From the human T2T-CHM13v2.0 reference genome, Homo sapiens, in the NCBI RefSeq assembly GCF_009914755.1, contig NC_060932.1: 64,000 nt of DNA. One strand, written 5' to 3'. Of this stretch, positions 61,109 to 64,000 are shown piece after piece. The notes below the pieces were generated by a model that saw only the letters and a list, made by a program, of their open reading frames with translations, made no database searches and was not told the DNA's origin. Positions within the stretch are counted from its first letter, which is position 1, and each line of letters opens with the position of its first letter. The translations under genes and the position numbers were made by a program.

Positions 61109-61603
61109 TGTTACCTAAATGCCAGGGGTTTATTCTAGGTTCTGCTGCTTGCAGCGCAGAAAGCCGGTCACTGAGACAGTGAAGATAGCCAGAGAAGGCT
61201 TTAATCAGGTGCTACAGCCAAGGAGATGACAGATAAGTTTCAAATCCATCTCCCCAAGCAACCAAAATTAGGGGTTTATATAGTAGGAAAGAAATGTACC
61301 CATGTATAGGAAAATAGAAACTAGGGAGGGGCAAGAAAGAGAAGTTGGTCAACAGGAAGCAGGTGGTTGGTTACGCAATCATGATGGGTGAGGGGGTCTT
61401 ATGTTTCATTGTCAAGATGCAGTGATCTGCTAAGTTTCAGCTCCTTGATACTATCTGGAAGGCCTGATGGTTGTTTTCCTGAGAAAGGAACTCAGATAAG
61501 ACAAACATAACTTTCTTGAGTTTTAAGACTGGAGCATCAATTTCTATGTTTATCCCAAAGAAACCATACACGTTAGTTCTATGAGACAACTGGGACAATT
61601 TCA
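61109..61603 (-). mobile_element. 5' LTR (LTR54), candidate promoter
   Basis: TGAAAT...TAACA on minus; intact TATATAAA at 61275-61282. Confidence 0.88.
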
Positions 61604-64000
61604 TAACCTGCATTAGAGGTTGGGAAATGTCTTCCCATATTTCCAAGATAAGAAAATGGTGCGGGTGCCAAAAGGCATTTGTCCCAGCCATACTCCCCTG
61701 TAATGTACACTTTTCTCAAACATTTTCCAAATTCACTGCTACAATGCTCTGAACCCTATTTTCTGCAGATGCAACTTTAACACTGTATATTCCCGATCTG
61801 ATATGAAACAAACAACAGCACCACATTTTCCCTGGATATTGTTTTGCCAAGGCTTTGATCGCCACTGCAATGTGCCAGTAAGGCAAGAGGAAAATGAGAG
61901 ATCTTTGAGTTCAATGATCTTGTCTAATTAAGCTGGAGCTCTTCCTTGGAACCCCAAGCCATCATGTTTGTGGTCAGCATTGGAGCTGTGAACATCCTTG
62001 CAACTGGTGTTTGGCACAACCTACTTTGATCAGCTTCTGTTCATCCACCAGCATTCCTATGCCATAGAGAGTCAATGAGGTAAGACTAAGCCAGATGGAC
62101 CACCTACAAATCATCTGGAGACCTCTGAATCCATAGCAAAGAAATTAAGACAAAGTTGAGGAAATCTGAACTGCTGGTTCTCCAGCTACTGTAGTCAAAT
62201 GAAGAGGACACAGAAGCCCTGAATTTTTGAATTCTTAGGATGAAAAGGGACACATTGGTTGTATGACTAACTTTATAGGGAAAGACCTTCAATACTTATA
62301 ATGTGAACTCAATAAATAGTAATGTAGCAAAGAGAAGTTTCCATGGGGAAAATAACATGTAAAGTCAAAACTTAAAAAAAAAAAAAAGTAAGATTTTTCC
62401 AAGTTGCATTTCAGAAGAGGGAGGAGAAAAAGCAAAGGAACATGAAACGATGAAAAACAAACTATAACATATTCCTCACCCTTCAACAATAATCTGGAGG
62501 TCAAAAGCTAAATTCTTTATCACCAAAGAATCTTTTGACCTTCACATTGGCTTATTGGGTGTAATTGTATTTCCAGAGTCACTCTCTGATTCCTGATACT
62601 CCCTTATAAAGTGGCCATCAATGAGCTGAAGAAAGAAAGAGTGGAGCATCTGGATCACTGAACAACGGGCTGGTTTGACCTCAGAAAGATTGTAAAGGTG
62701 GCCTTGTGTTAAATGAGTCACTAAGACAAGCCCACACTTAGTTGCAAAGAGCCAGAAGGAAAGCTTGTCTCTGTTGGTGTGAAATGGTGCACAGTCTTCT
62801 CATCCATTCATGAAAGGAGGAAAAGACTTTGACCATTGGTGCAGAGCAAAGCTAAAGAGGAAGACCAAGATAATGACATATTTTCTCCACATGCCTTTCA
62901 AAATGGTATTTTATTTACTCTTCTTTCAAGTAACGTGAAATAAGGGCACCACTTTTCACAAAATGCAAAATACTTTATGGTTTAATCCTCTCAGCCATTC
63001 TCAAAATGGGTACCAATCTCTATCTTACCTATAAGGAAACCAGGGCTCAGAACAAGTGAAGGGTTTGTTCAAAATCTCCCAGTTAGTCTGAAGCAGAGCA
63101 AAAATCACACACAAGATGATCTGAGTTCAAAACACAAGCTGTGGTCACTAAATGGTCAGAATGAGCTCCTCTGTGCTCTGAGAGCCTGGCAAAGACTGGG
63201 AATGAAATGGACTTCCTTGCCTTAAATGGAAGGTGTTGAGGAAGAAAGAGTTAAGGTCTCACAGAGTTTAACTAAAGGCAAGTTTTCTCTTCCCTCAGGA
63301 AGGAATCGTGGATCATTCTCCAGCTTTTTCTCTAGACCATGTTCTAATAACCTTTCTCTCCACTTGGCTCCTGATCTTATTTCAATTTCTGAGTGTAGGG
63401 GCTTTTCATTCTGAGCACATTATAGTATTCCAGCTTGCCCATCACCCATCTGTCCCAGGAGTGTATCTTGAGGGCTTAAATGCTCAGTGTGGTGGAGGAA
63501 AGTTTAGCACTAGTTTCCTTTGGTAAGGGAATAATTTGCTTATCAAATATTAAACAGAAATGTTTTAGCAGGTTACTAGTTCCTCTGCAGAATGGAACAC
63601 TGCATAGTACTTCATTACCAGCTAATTTCTTCTGCAAATGAATGACTACTTTCTGAATTTAATTAAACTATGTAAACATTATTGTGAGGGGTCCACTCCG
63701 CAACAGAGCTGTGCTCTGCTAGGAGATACAAAAATGAGTAACTCATAGTCTCTGCCTTTGAGACCTCTCAATTCATTTGAGTAAAGTCAGTAAGTGAGTA
63801 GCATTCCATGGATGGGGGTTCTCATAAAGGTGTTTTCGTTCACCTTAGATGTCATTGAGGAATATCAGCAAGTCCTAAATTATCTGATTTTTAAATAATA
63901 GAGTCTTTTACACATGTAGCTATTTTTCATGCATTGCATGTAATTTTCTTTGGTATCTATATGGATATGCTTTGTGTTAGCTTTGATACTGGTCACAGTT

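Overview
Human (primate) non-coding DNA. It is AT-rich and has no supportable protein-coding gene; every long ORF is L1 ORF2, Alu or low-complexity sequence. The stretch GTGTTAATGATTTAGCATTACTTAT[C]TCTGGCAAATGG at 24019-24056 matches, from memory, the flank of prostate-cancer SNP rs16901979. That would place the window in the 8q24 gene desert (risk region 2, upstream of MYC), with the 3' part of lncRNA PRNCR1 and a FOXA1/AR enhancer in the first ~4 kb; this assignment needs a BLAT check. The rest is a dense mosaic of about 16 Alus, L1PA/L1MA fragments (two with twin-priming 5' inversions), L2/MIR, MaLR LTRs, solo LTR10C and LTR40, MER33/MER58/MER5, a MADE1 fragment and a 7.2-kb two-LTR LTR54 provirus. 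The most notable unexplained structure is a chain of minus-strand splice sites that starts at the provirus 5' LTR, skips its 3' LTR poly(A) signal and continues into host DNA. Also notable are a ~160-bp local duplication, a strong 38-nt micro-exon and several motif-dense candidate enhancers. Repeat subfamily names are by eye from remembered consensus sequences.
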